From NCBI RefSeq assembly GCF_000007225.1, contig NC_003364.1, forward strand, positions 840,001-872,000: a stretch of DNA of 32,000 nucleotides. Reading direction: 5' to 3'. The notes beneath the pieces were generated by a model that worked only from the letters and a program-made list of their open reading frames with translations, did no database searches and was not told where the DNA came from. The DNA comes from Pyrobaculum aerophilum str. IM2. GTDB taxonomy: Archaea; Thermoproteota; Thermoprotei; Thermoproteales; Thermoproteaceae. The first letter of the stretch is position 1. Every line of letters starts with the position of its first letter. Shown in pieces: positions 1-7,984 of this stretch. The translations under genes and the position numbers were made by a program.

Positions 1-1
1 G

Positions 2-619
2 GAGTGGCTACTCCTCCATTACGCGGAGTATATAAACGAGACCCACCGTCTCTTTGTAACCACTCTGGCCGAGATAGAGGGCGGCGGCTACGGCCGGGCC
101 TTCACCTGGGCTAACTACTGGTTTAAGAACAAGACTGTCTACTTCGGCGACTGGATTGTGGTAGAGCAAAACGTCACGCTGTCACAGTACTACGCCTTGC
201 TATCCACGGCAGTAGACAGACTGGCCAAGAAGTGGCAGGCCTCAGACAAGCAGTACAAGCCCCAGGCATATCCGCAAATATCCCAAGCCCTGATGCAGAT
301 CTCAAGGGCAGTGGCAGGCACGGACATAGACGCCGTGATGAAAAAGGGATACGCGTTAGTAACTGACATACCTCCCATTGTCTCTGCGATATTAGGTGCT
401 GCGTCGGGTATTTGGTTTGCTTATCGAACTTACCAAGTTACTGGTGATATACGTAGGGCGGCTCTTTGCGGCGCATTTTACGGATTCACTGGAGCTTTCT
501 TTGGCTATTACGCACCTTTTGCCTGGAGTTGGAGTTTCTGGGCAGGCGTAAGGTGGTTCGGCTACGGAGCTATCATCAGAGCTACGGCATCTCTCAGCGG
601 ATATTGCCGTGTTTGGTGA
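2..619 (+). CDS. C-terminal part of a larger protein that runs off the left edge; it ends in a Gly/aromatic-rich hydrophobic tail
   Basis: The frame of the listed 158..619 ORF stays open back to base 2 (EWLLLHYAEYINETHRLF...GDWIV-VEQN), so the GTG at 158 is probably internal. The C-terminus (AFYGFTGAFFGYYAPFAWSWSFWAGVRWFGYG) is hydrophobic. The TGA at 617-619 overlaps the next gene's GTG at 609. Confidence 0.5.
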   Translation, partial: EWLLLHYAEYINETHRLFVTTLAEIEGGGYGRAFTWANYWFKNKTVYFGDWIVVEQNVTLSQYYALLSTAVDRLAKKWQASDKQYKPQAYPQISQALMQISRAVAGTDIDAVMKKGYALVTDIPPIVSAILGAASGIWFAYRTYQVTGDIRRAALCGAFYGFTGAFFGYYAPFAWSWSFWAGVRWFGYGAIIRATASLSGYCRVW

Positions 620-1052
620 GAAATACTTTGTTTTTTTCCCTGTCTTTCTCTCGGCCTTGGCCCTAATTATCTTGACGTATTATGCGTTGAACAGCGCCGC
701 GTCTAGCGACTGGGGGGTCTTTGAGTATTTAAAAAACGTCGCTGTTTCCCTCTCCATTGCGGCTTCTATTGCATCAGTCTTCCCGCCTGAGAGGCGTGAG
801 GAAATCGCGGTGCTAATGGGAGAGTTAGGCTCTGTGCTTGCCTTTCTTGCCGTTGCCGCCCCCAGTAAAATCTGGCTCTACGCCGCCCTATCTCTATCTC
901 CCCTGGCGATTTTCGGCTTAGTAAAAGGCGATAAAGAGGCTTCAATTGCGGCCGTGGTTCTCCTAACGGCGTATTTACTCCCGCCGTGGGCCTACGCGAT
1001 ATTTTTAGCGTTTTTCCTCGCCCCCATTTTCAAGTGGCGCGTTAAGACATGA
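609..1052 (+). CDS. small polytopic membrane protein, function unknown
   Basis: 147-aa ORF with about 4 hydrophobic helices. Its start overlaps the upstream stop, and its TGA overlaps the next ATG (ATGA at 1049-1052), which suggests an operon. Confidence 0.55.
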   Translation: MFGEKYFVFFPVFLSALALIILTYYALNSAASSDWGVFEYLKNVAVSLSIAASIASVFPPERREEIAVLMGELGSVLAFLAVAAPSKIWLYAALSLSPLAIFGLVKGDKEASIAAVVLLTAYLLPPWAYAIFLAFFLAPIFKWRVKT

Positions 1053-1765
1053 ATAACTGCATCCAGAGGGCGCCCCAACGGCGCCTAGATTATAGAGATT
1101 TCATCGCAATTCTAGCCATTTACCTGCTCTTCTCAATCTGGCTCTCACAACTAATACCCGAGGAGGCGCGCCTCGCCTACGCGGCCTTCACATCCTCTTA
1201 TTTCGTCGCGGCGTTTTTAACGGCCACGCCCTATTACAAATTCGCCGCCGCTGATCCCGCTATTTATTTCGCTACAATTCTCTACTTCCGCCTGGCCGCT
1301 GAGCCAGATCCGCTGTCCCGCGCGATTTCTCTCTTCTTTTCCGGCCTTATGTTGTTTTTTCCCTACGCCTGGGCGTGTTACTTCGCCGGCCTTCGGCCGG
1401 GCCTGCGCGGCTTGTTGCGATTCTGGGCCGTGGCAGGATCTGCGGCGTTTTTCCACGGGTTGCTGGCCGGGCCCGGGCCCTCCCTCGCCCTAAATATATT
1501 ACTAGCCGCGTTGTTCCACGCCTATCTCACAACGCAAAAGGCGTATTTACTCCCTTGGATATCCGCCGGCTTAGCCGCGGCGGCGCGCGGCGGAGATTTA
1601 GCCGAAATCGCCGCTACTGCGTTGCCGTATTTAACCACAGCAACATATATCTCCGCGCAGAGCGGGCTACTAGCCAGCAAGGCTCCTTTAGGCAAAAAGA
1701 GCATAGTGATAGCAAATTTGGGCGCATCACAGCGGAGGCAACCTATGGGCGCAGCGACCGAGTAG
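1049..1765 (+). CDS. polytopic membrane protein, function unknown
   Basis: 238-aa ORF made of repeated hydrophobic segments and translationally coupled to the upstream gene. It ends at a TAG. Confidence 0.55.
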   Translation: MNNCIQRAPQRRLDYRDFIAILAIYLLFSIWLSQLIPEEARLAYAAFTSSYFVAAFLTATPYYKFAAADPAIYFATILYFRLAAEPDPLSRAISLFFSGLMLFFPYAWACYFAGLRPGLRGLLRFWAVAGSAAFFHGLLAGPGPSLALNILLAALFHAYLTTQKAYLLPWISAGLAAAARGGDLAEIAATALPYLTTATYISAQSGLLASKAPLGKKSIVIANLGASQRRQPMGAATE

Positions 1766-2326
1766 GGATCACGGCGGCTACCAGGTGCTATGCGGAGTAC
1801 GGCCAATTACCCCTCTGACAATGCCTCTTTTACTAGCTGTATGGGCCGTTGTGCGGTTCCCGGCGCCCTTGGGGCCTTTGGGCGCCGGGGCGTTCTCTCA
1901 GAGCATAGCCGGGCGGCGAAGTTTTTATAACGACAATTCTTATAATCGTGGAGCGGGTTCTGAGTAACCGTATCTACTCCCGCCCTTGTGAAGAGACGGT
2001 AGATATTAGATAGCCGTCTGTGACGTCGGTTTCTGCCGTGGTTATGTTTCTTCAATAAACTGCCGTGAGTCCCGCTGTTGCGTTTTACTCAATATTCCCC
2101 CAGAGAAGTCGCTGTTATACACAGCGCTATTTTTTCTCTGACTACGGCCTACTTAGGGCTGAGGGGCGCTCCGATTGGGAAATTGCCCTTTTAGCCGATA
2201 CATCGCTTTTGGTGAACGTAGTCCAATAGCCGCTTTCTGGAAATGCCTCTGCTCGGCGGCTGAACGCGGTGTATGATACTCAAGGCCGAGCGGGCACGGA
2301 TTACCGCGTCGGGGTTAAGAGGATTA

Positions 2327-2404
2327 TGGCGGGCCCGATGGGATTTGAACCCACGACCTACGGCTTAGAAGGCCGCCGCTCTATCCAGGCTGAGCTACGG
2401 GCCC
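2327..2404 (-). tRNA. tRNA-Arg (anticodon UCU), CCA encoded, no intron
   Basis: The reverse complement reads GGGCCCG-TA-GCTC-AGCCTGGATA-GAGC-G-GCGGC-CTTCTAA-GCCGT-AGGTC-GTGGG-TTCAAAT-CCCAT-CGGGCCC-G-CCA. All four stems pair (two G-U pairs), the T-loop is TTCAAAT, and the anticodon is TCT. Confidence 0.92.
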
Positions 2405-2424
2405 TCTGGGTGGAGTATATGTCG

Positions 2425-2434
2425 GAATTTAAGC
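2425..2434 (-). promoter_or_regulatory. TATA-like box for the tRNA-Arg gene
   Basis: The minus strand reads GCTTAAATTC, centred about 25 nt upstream of the tRNA 5' end at 2404. Confidence 0.4.
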
Positions 2435-2533
2435 TTTTCCCCTAACCTCGCCGCAGTCAACTCAACGCCTGTGAGCCCGGGGCGAAGTCCATAATTAGAC
2501 GGGCGGCGCGCTTAAACCTGTAGCGTGCGCAAC

Positions 2534-2882
2534 TTAGCGTATCCACACCCTCGCCTTTCTCAACACGTCTACGAATTCCTCAAGCGACAGGCCGGATGGA
2601 CTCTGCGCCAGTCTTAAATCGCCAGTTTCTATGAACGCGGCACCCTATTGGCGGCGGCAGGCTGTTGATATATTCCCAGTCAGCCTCCCTCAGCCTCTCT
2701 TCCCGGAGCTCTCTCTTTCTAAAAGCAATGTTCACAGTCTCTTTGAACACCTCGCCCAGTCGATTAGAAAGGACGTGTCGGCAATGGCCTCGGTTGACAT
2801 GCGGTATTCTTGCCTTTTCAACTCGTTGAACTGTAATGCCGGCGATTTTAGCCGCGACGTACTGAGGCCAAGTTATAGTCCA
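2534..2882 (-). pseudogene. possible decayed gene next to the tRNA; protein-like fragments lie in two frames and its identity is unresolved
   Basis: Minus-strand translation gives WTITWPQYVAAKIAGITVQRVEKARIPHVNRGHCRHVLSNRLGEVFKETVNIAFRKRELREERLREADWEYINSLPPP. After a frame change it continues GAAFIETGDLRLAQSPSGLSLEEFVDVLRKARVWIR*. There is no start codon. AGI...IPH..R.HCRHV is only vaguely reminiscent of a tyrosine-recombinase box. Confidence 0.2.
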
Positions 2883-2990
2883 ATATTTATTTTACATACC
2901 TAATCGGGGGACGGCAACGAGGCTGGCAATCCCTTGCCTTATTGCGCCACGGCTTGCGTAAAACATATTTAGAGGAACCGGCTTCGAGGC

Positions 2991-3461
2991 GTGGGGCTGT
3001 ATCTATTTGGCGCTCTTGCGCTACTTCACTTACCTGTGGCGTGGGATTGGCTCTATTTGTTCTATCCGGCGCTATTTTCACTTGACGTATTTGCCCCAGT
3101 CGCTTATGTAGCCGTGGGGGTTGACCCCCTCGCCGCCTTCGTGGCGACGTGGACAGCCCTAACGGGGCTCTACGGCCTTACCTATGAGGCGGTGGGGAGG
3201 TGGGAGCGGTTTAAGAGACTTGTTGAAAAAATAGCCAAGTTAAGGGGGATTAGAGTGCGCTGGGCTGGGTACTTGGCTGTTGTGGCCTCAGCAGTTATGC
3301 TGGGCGCCATGCCCACGGCGCTTGTAGTAAGGCTACTGGGCCTGCCCCAAGTAAAGGCTCTTCTAATTTACGCAACAACTGCGCTGGCTTTTTCACTGTC
3401 CAGCGCCTATTTAACAGATCTCGTGAAAGAGTATTTCGCCTATTTAATCGTTGACTCCTAA
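2991..3461 (+). CDS. small membrane protein, function unknown
   Basis: 156-aa ORF with a GTG start. Two N-terminal and two C-terminal hydrophobic helices flank a basic amphipathic linker (RWERFKRLVEKIAKLRGIRVR). Confidence 0.55.
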   Translation: MGLYLFGALALLHLPVAWDWLYLFYPALFSLDVFAPVAYVAVGVDPLAAFVATWTALTGLYGLTYEAVGRWERFKRLVEKIAKLRGIRVRWAGYLAVVASAVMLGAMPTALVVRLLGLPQVKALLIYATTALAFSLSSAYLTDLVKEYFAYLIVDS

Positions 3462-3666
3462 GCCGCTACGGCGTCTTTTATTTAACACTGAAGAGCCCAT
3501 TTGCGGCTTCTGCCGTCTACGCTTTGGCACAGGCGTAAATCCGCGCTCCAACGTCTGGCAGAGGGCAGTTAGTCGCGCCTAAGTGGCGGGAGAATACTTT
3601 TATACTTGCCGCCATATCAACACATGGAGCTGGCGGATTTGATAAGCATATTGCTGTCGAAAGGCG

Positions 3667-4065
3667 TTGAGCAATGTGTTGTCGGAACCCCCACAGCTAA
3701 TAAGAGACAAGAAGGTCGAAAAAGATGACTTAATGCTAATACTGAACTACGCGCTTCTTGAAAGACTCAAGTCGCTAGACGACGGAGTTAAGTCGCTTGA
3801 AAAAGAGCTCGGCAAAAGGTTTAAATCTCTTGAAAGAGAGATAAGCGCCTTGAGATCAGACGTGAGAGAGATGCACAAAGACCTAAAAGAAATGCGAAGA
3901 GAGCTAAGTGAAAAAATTGAAAATATGCATAAAGACATGCGCGAACGGCTGGATCTAATAAACAACCAATTGAGAGTATTAAACGCAAATATAGCATCGA
4001 CATATGAGCTGACGTCTAAGGTAGTTGCAATGCTCATGGCAAAAGGGACTCCGCTACCCTCTTAA
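3667..4065 (+). CDS. small coiled-coil protein; start uncertain (TTG 3667 or GTG 3676)
   Basis: Heptad-rich E/K/R/L sequence with internal repeats (KSLEKELGKRFKSLEREISALRSDVREMHKDLKEMRRELSEKIENMHKDMRERL). There is no in-frame ATG near the 5' end. Confidence 0.55.
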   Translation: MSNVLSEPPQLIRDKKVEKDDLMLILNYALLERLKSLDDGVKSLEKELGKRFKSLEREISALRSDVREMHKDLKEMRRELSEKIENMHKDMRERLDLINNQLRVLNANIASTYELTSKVVAMLMAKGTPLPS

Positions 4066-4237
4066 GTCGCGGATTCGGCGCAACGGCTGGGCTACGCTTT
4101 TAACACTCGTCGTGTTTACGGAGATATTTCAACTGTCTAGATTTAACTGTCGCGCAAATAGTTGAAATATGATGTGTTAACGCCGTGTGGTACGGCGCGC
4201 CGTTTTTAGCCGTCGTGTTATCTCGTGCCAGCTAACA

Positions 4238-4472
4238 CGCTTTATAAAATTAAAAATTAACTACTAAATTTTAAAAGCGGATAAAAACTAGTCTAACAGT
4301 GAATTTTTCACATAACCATTAAGCTAAAATTTTTCGTAATACTTATCTAATATTTAATTAAGTCAAATATATTTTTAGATAAAAAATATACATTAATACA
4401 TATATTAATAACAAATTTTTTATATATTATATATTCAATTACTATTAGTAGTTGGCATTTTCCATTTAAATG
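4238..4472. other. extreme A/T-rich intergenic tract; candidate DNA-unwinding element, origin or island junction
   Basis: My hand count over 4261-4440 gives 29 G/C in 180 nt (about 16%), against roughly 45-57% in flanking lines. No ORF is present. The tract is flanked by inverted repeats: ATATTTCAACT at 4124-4134 with AGTTGAAATAT at 4160-4170, the CATTTAAATG palindrome near 4463-4472, and ATGGGTAACACCCAT at 4479-4493. Confidence 0.4.
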
Positions 4473-4789
4473 CATGTTATGGGTAACACCCATTATATAC
4501 ATCTCCTCTTTCTAATCCTTGGATAACATTAAGCTCACTCATATCTCTCCATTTCAGAATTTTATATAAAATGAGGAGATAGGCTCTATAGTCTTCAAGC
4601 ACCACTAAAGGAGGTCTGGGTTAAGGTGGTATAGCCCCTTGACAAATATATACACTTTTTAATCCCATGAACTCTGCGACGCAAGGCTTTCTATGCCAGA
4701 CACTGTTTTCGAGACAAAGTTTGAGACAATAAGCGCCCGTGCTTTTACAACTTAAGCTGAGGTTTTTAAATCAAGTCTTTCACATCTAT

Positions 4790-5050
4790 ATGGAGGTGTT
4801 TATTGCCAGCGTGCTGTTGGCCATCCTCATGGCTATTGGGTTAGTTGCTCATTTGAAAACCAACATGCCTAAGTTTTTAAAGGCCGTTGGCGTGGCGCAA
4901 CTGGCGCTAGCTATTGGTATTGCTCTTTACGTGGCGGTGACGCCCTTGTCGCCAGACGAGGTAATGTATTACCTATTTCTGGCCGCAGTGCTGTGGGCTC
5001 TCTCTTATATGGAAAGGTCTAAGTGGAGAAATGTCAGAGCTGTTAGATAA
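4790..5050 (+). CDS. small membrane protein (about 3 TM helices)
   Basis: The in-frame ATG at 4790 (MEVFIASVLLAILMAIGLVAHL...) lies about 24 nt downstream of TTTTTAAA (4763-4770). The ORF-track start at 4739 is probably an over-extension. The 3' end overlaps the next gene by 20 nt. Confidence 0.5.
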   Translation: MEVFIASVLLAILMAIGLVAHLKTNMPKFLKAVGVAQLALAIGIALYVAVTPLSPDEVMYYLFLAAVLWALSYMERSKWRNVRAVR

Positions 5051-5528
5051 ATTGAGAGAGAAATACAAAGAGGAGGGTTGGCGAAGACTGGAGGGACTGC
5101 CCCTAGAGGCGTACATTCTTGAATTGTTTTTAGAAAGAAGGCCTATTCTCTTCCCCGCGACAGTGGTGGAGAAGTACTCAATATTTGTTGTTGACTTCCC
5201 TATGGCTATGTCTATTGCCACTAAGAGACATGTGGAGAACATGTTAGAGACGACGTGGGATATTGTAAGGGAGCTGGGGCTGTGGTCGTCAAGTCACTAT
5301 ATGAGTAGCGTGAGACTCATAGTGCTGTCTAATTCTGTAGAAGATGAGGTAAGGAGATTAGCCGAAAGGTATAGAAAAATTAAGGGGATTAGGCTGGGTC
5401 TCCACGGACTAGTGAGACAATACTTAGTTGTGCTCGATCTCTCTCAGAGTATGGTTTATACACACAAAGATTTAAAAAAACAAAAGGGGTTTTTCGAAGA
5501 GCTACTTTCTGAACAAACCCCTCACTGA
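5031..5528 (+). CDS. hypothetical cytoplasmic protein
   Basis: 165-aa ORF with a protein-like composition and no motif I recognise. Its 3' end overlaps the convergent cstA 3' end by 27 nt. Confidence 0.5.
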   Translation: MSELLDKLREKYKEEGWRRLEGLPLEAYILELFLERRPILFPATVVEKYSIFVVDFPMAMSIATKRHVENMLETTWDIVRELGLWSSSHYMSSVRLIVLSNSVEDEVRRLAERYRKIKGIRLGLHGLVRQYLVVLDLSQSMVYTHKDLKKQKGFFEELLSEQTPH

Positions 5529-7358
5529 CAGCCTTAGCTCACTTGCAAATCTTATAAAGTCGCTGAAGGGGCCGCGGGGCAGAGAGAAACGGGTTGTTGT
5601 AGGGGTGCCCGCCGTCTCGCCCCTAACGCCTTCTCCATCTACATACTGTGGCTCTCTCGGCCTTTTTGCGGCAGTGAACCATCTAATTGAAGTGAATAGT
5701 ATAAGGAGGGCCAGTATTACAGTTATAACCGCAAGAGTTAATATAAGCGCGAAGGCCGGCAGATGTAAGGCATCGGCCAATGCCTTGCCAGTCTCAGAGC
5801 CGTATATACGTGAGTATTCAGTATAAATTGCACTTATTAACGGATTCTTCTGGGGCCCTTCTGGCAACGTGTATAGCCACACAGTTATTGTATGTAGCAA
5901 CGCAGTGAGCGTCGTTGCGTACATGTATGCAATACCTGGTATTAAGAACCACAGCCTTCTGCCGAAGTGAGCCAATACCACAGCTATAGTAGTTAACGCA
6001 AGAGCCACTAACACTTGGTTTACAGAGCCGAAGAGCGTCCATAGGGGCGTGGCGGTGCCAGCTAATGCGATGGTTAGCGATAGCAGAAAGCCTATAAACC
6101 CTGCCACGTATATGTTCTTTATCCCCAGTAATTCGTGAAGTGCATATCTCGTAAGTCTCATAGAGGAGTCCATGGTGGTGAAGCCAAAGGCAGTTGCCAC
6201 TAATGCGGCGAATGTTATTAATACTTTAACGTCAATAAAAGGCAGTATTACATTTAAGAAGCGCCCCCATCCAGTGACGACTGAGCCTAGGCCAGGACTA
6301 TACTCCTCCCAAGCCAGCGCTGTTGTCACGGCCATTAACGCCGTTATTCCAAGAAAGCCCTCGCCTAGCATAGCGCCGTAGCCTATGTGTCTGATATACT
6401 TTTCATTGGGCAATTGTTTTGCCGTTGTGCCACTGCTGACTAAGGAGTGGAACCCACTTGCCGCGCCGCATGCAATTAACACACTTACATAGGGCCAAAC
6501 AGGCCTGTTAGCGATGTCAAGGCCGAATTTAAAAGCCTCTTGAGTGTTCACTAACGGCGCTTGCAACGGGAAGTTTCCAATCAAAGCCCCTATAACGCCC
6601 CCACCGACTCCAGCTATAAGCAGAAATGTATTGAGGTAGTCACGGGGCTGGAGGAGGAGCCATACCGGGAGGATAGACGCAATATATGCATATATCATCA
6701 ATATGACTATCCACTCCACTATACCGAGTTTAATGGGATACATATAGCCAAGCCAAACCCCTAATACTATAAACGCTAAACCCACAATTGTGGAAACTAC
6801 TAGATTTACCCCTAACCTGTAGAGCAGAATGCCGGTGATTACTGAGCCTAACGTGAAGACCCACGTAGCCGTGGCGGTCTCTGGCGTTGTGCCAATCCAT
6901 AAAACTGCGATTAATACTCCAAATACCGCGTTTATTACAATAAGCAAAATGAGCATAACTCCTAGGAAAAATTTCCTCAACGTCTCCCCTAAGTACCTCC
7001 CGGCTATTGACATTATTGAGACGCCGCCGTGACGTACTGAGACAAACAGCGAGGTCATGTCTTGTACAGCGCCGATAAACACTGTGCCCAGTAGTATCCA
7101 GAGGAACGCAGGTAGGAACCCGAACACGGCAGCTATGGCGGGTCCCGCTATTGGGCCTAGACCTGCCACGGTGGCGAAGTGGTGTCCGAATAAGACCACC
7201 GGGTTAGACGGCACGTAATCAATTCCATCTCTTTTTCTATGCGCCGGAGTGGGCCTGTTCGGATCAACGCCCAGTGTTCTTTCAATAGCGCTGGCATACC
7301 ATTTAAATGCCGCAAAAAATACTATTATTGCTATTAATGCGATTATTGTACTGCTCAT
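5502..7358 (-). CDS. cstA: carbon starvation protein CstA family transporter (peptide/pyruvate uptake family)
   Basis: 618 aa and highly polytopic. The N-terminal region GHHFATVAGLGPIAGPAIAAVFGFLPA matches the conserved CstA signature (GHHFxxIAGAGPLxGP). Start is ATG and stop is TAG. Confidence 0.88.
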   Translation of the reverse strand: MSSTIIALIAIIVFFAAFKWYASAIERTLGVDPNRPTPAHRKRDGIDYVPSNPVVLFGHHFATVAGLGPIAGPAIAAVFGFLPAFLWILLGTVFIGAVQDMTSLFVSVRHGGVSIMSIAGRYLGETLRKFFLGVMLILLIVINAVFGVLIAVLWIGTTPETATATWVFTLGSVITGILLYRLGVNLVVSTIVGLAFIVLGVWLGYMYPIKLGIVEWIVILMIYAYIASILPVWLLLQPRDYLNTFLLIAGVGGGVIGALIGNFPLQAPLVNTQEAFKFGLDIANRPVWPYVSVLIACGAASGFHSLVSSGTTAKQLPNEKYIRHIGYGAMLGEGFLGITALMAVTTALAWEEYSPGLGSVVTGWGRFLNVILPFIDVKVLITFAALVATAFGFTTMDSSMRLTRYALHELLGIKNIYVAGFIGFLLSLTIALAGTATPLWTLFGSVNQVLVALALTTIAVVLAHFGRRLWFLIPGIAYMYATTLTALLHTITVWLYTLPEGPQKNPLISAIYTEYSRIYGSETGKALADALHLPAFALILTLAVITVILALLILFTSIRWFTAAKRPREPQYVDGEGVRGETAGTPTTTRFSLPRGPFSDFIRFASELRLSVRGLFRK

Positions 7359-7370
7359 ACAGCTTTTAGT

Positions 7371-7415
7371 AAATTATGTTTTTAAGTATTTCTCTGAGGA
7401 AAAATTTAAATTTTA
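7371..7415. promoter_or_regulatory. divergent promoter region with two TATA-like boxes (cstA and the ArsA-like operon)
   Basis: The minus-strand box CTTAAAAACA (7376-7385) sits about 23 nt upstream of the cstA ATG at 7358. The plus-strand box AAAATTTAAATTTTA (7401-7415) sits about 24 nt upstream of the GTG at 7432. Confidence 0.45.
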
Positions 7416-7431
7416 GCTTTTAAGCAATATT

Positions 7432-7758
7432 GTGTGTACCAACGCATACGTCCTTGAAAGAATTGAGAGGTATTTTAAGATCTTGAGGAATTTTAAAAAA
7501 GACATCGAAAAGGCGATAGCCGAAGTGGAAAAAAGCGGAAAGCTTGATAAAAAACGCCTTGAGAAATATTTAGAACTCTCTAACGACACCGAGATGGAGA
7601 AATTATTTGACTATGTGGGCATTTTCAAAATTGATCCAAAAAAAGAAATTTTAGAGCCTTTAGCAGAGTCTCTGGAGCTCTTAAGGGAATTCTTAAAGAC
7701 AGGCGACTTGTCCCTCGGAAAGAAATTACTGGAGTCCGCCAAGAGGATTAATGTTTGA
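7432..7758 (+). CDS. small all-helical acidic/basic protein; first gene of the ArsA-like operon
   Basis: 108 aa, K/E/L-rich and predicted helical. Its stop overlaps the next ATG (ATGTTTGA at 7751-7758). Confidence 0.55.
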   Translation: MCTNAYVLERIERYFKILRNFKKDIEKAIAEVEKSGKLDKKRLEKYLELSNDTEMEKLFDYVGIFKIDPKKEILEPLAESLELLREFLKTGDLSLGKKLLESAKRINV

Positions 7759-7984
7759 AAAAATCCGCCTCTTCTTCAAAGGCGCATTTCAACATAAATT
7801 AACTGGCGCCATAGAAGAGGATCTACACAGAAAAGACGCGGCAATGAAGTTATTTATACTAAGCGAATTTGCCGGCATTCCCAATCCCTTATCCTACCTA
7901 CTATTAGATATTATGCCTTACCTCCTCGCCAGTGGAGATATAGATGAGGCTTTTGAAGAGCCCAGCCTTGACTTCCACCCATGA
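7751..7984 (+). CDS. small protein of unknown function; second gene of the ArsA-like operon
   Basis: 77 aa. The ATG at 7751 overlaps the upstream stop, and its own TGA overlaps the downstream ATG (ATGA at 7981-7984). Confidence 0.5.
   Translation: MFEKIRLFFKGAFQHKLTGAIEEDLHRKDAAMKLFILSEFAGIPNPLSYLLLDIMPYLLASGDIDEAFEEPSLDFHP

Noticed and set aside
1785-2055. ORFs 1785..1967(+) and 1807..2055(-) between the membrane-protein operon and the tRNA
   Set aside because: They are mutually antisense, basic and low-complexity, and have no upstream A/T box. I left the 560-bp interval unannotated and did not call either one.
1766-2326. C/D-box sRNA candidates (RUGAUGA ... CUGA spacing) in this intergenic region and in 13479-13892
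   Set aside because: I found isolated CTGA and near-C-box strings but no properly spaced C/D'/C'/D set with terminal pairing. By eye this is not supportable.
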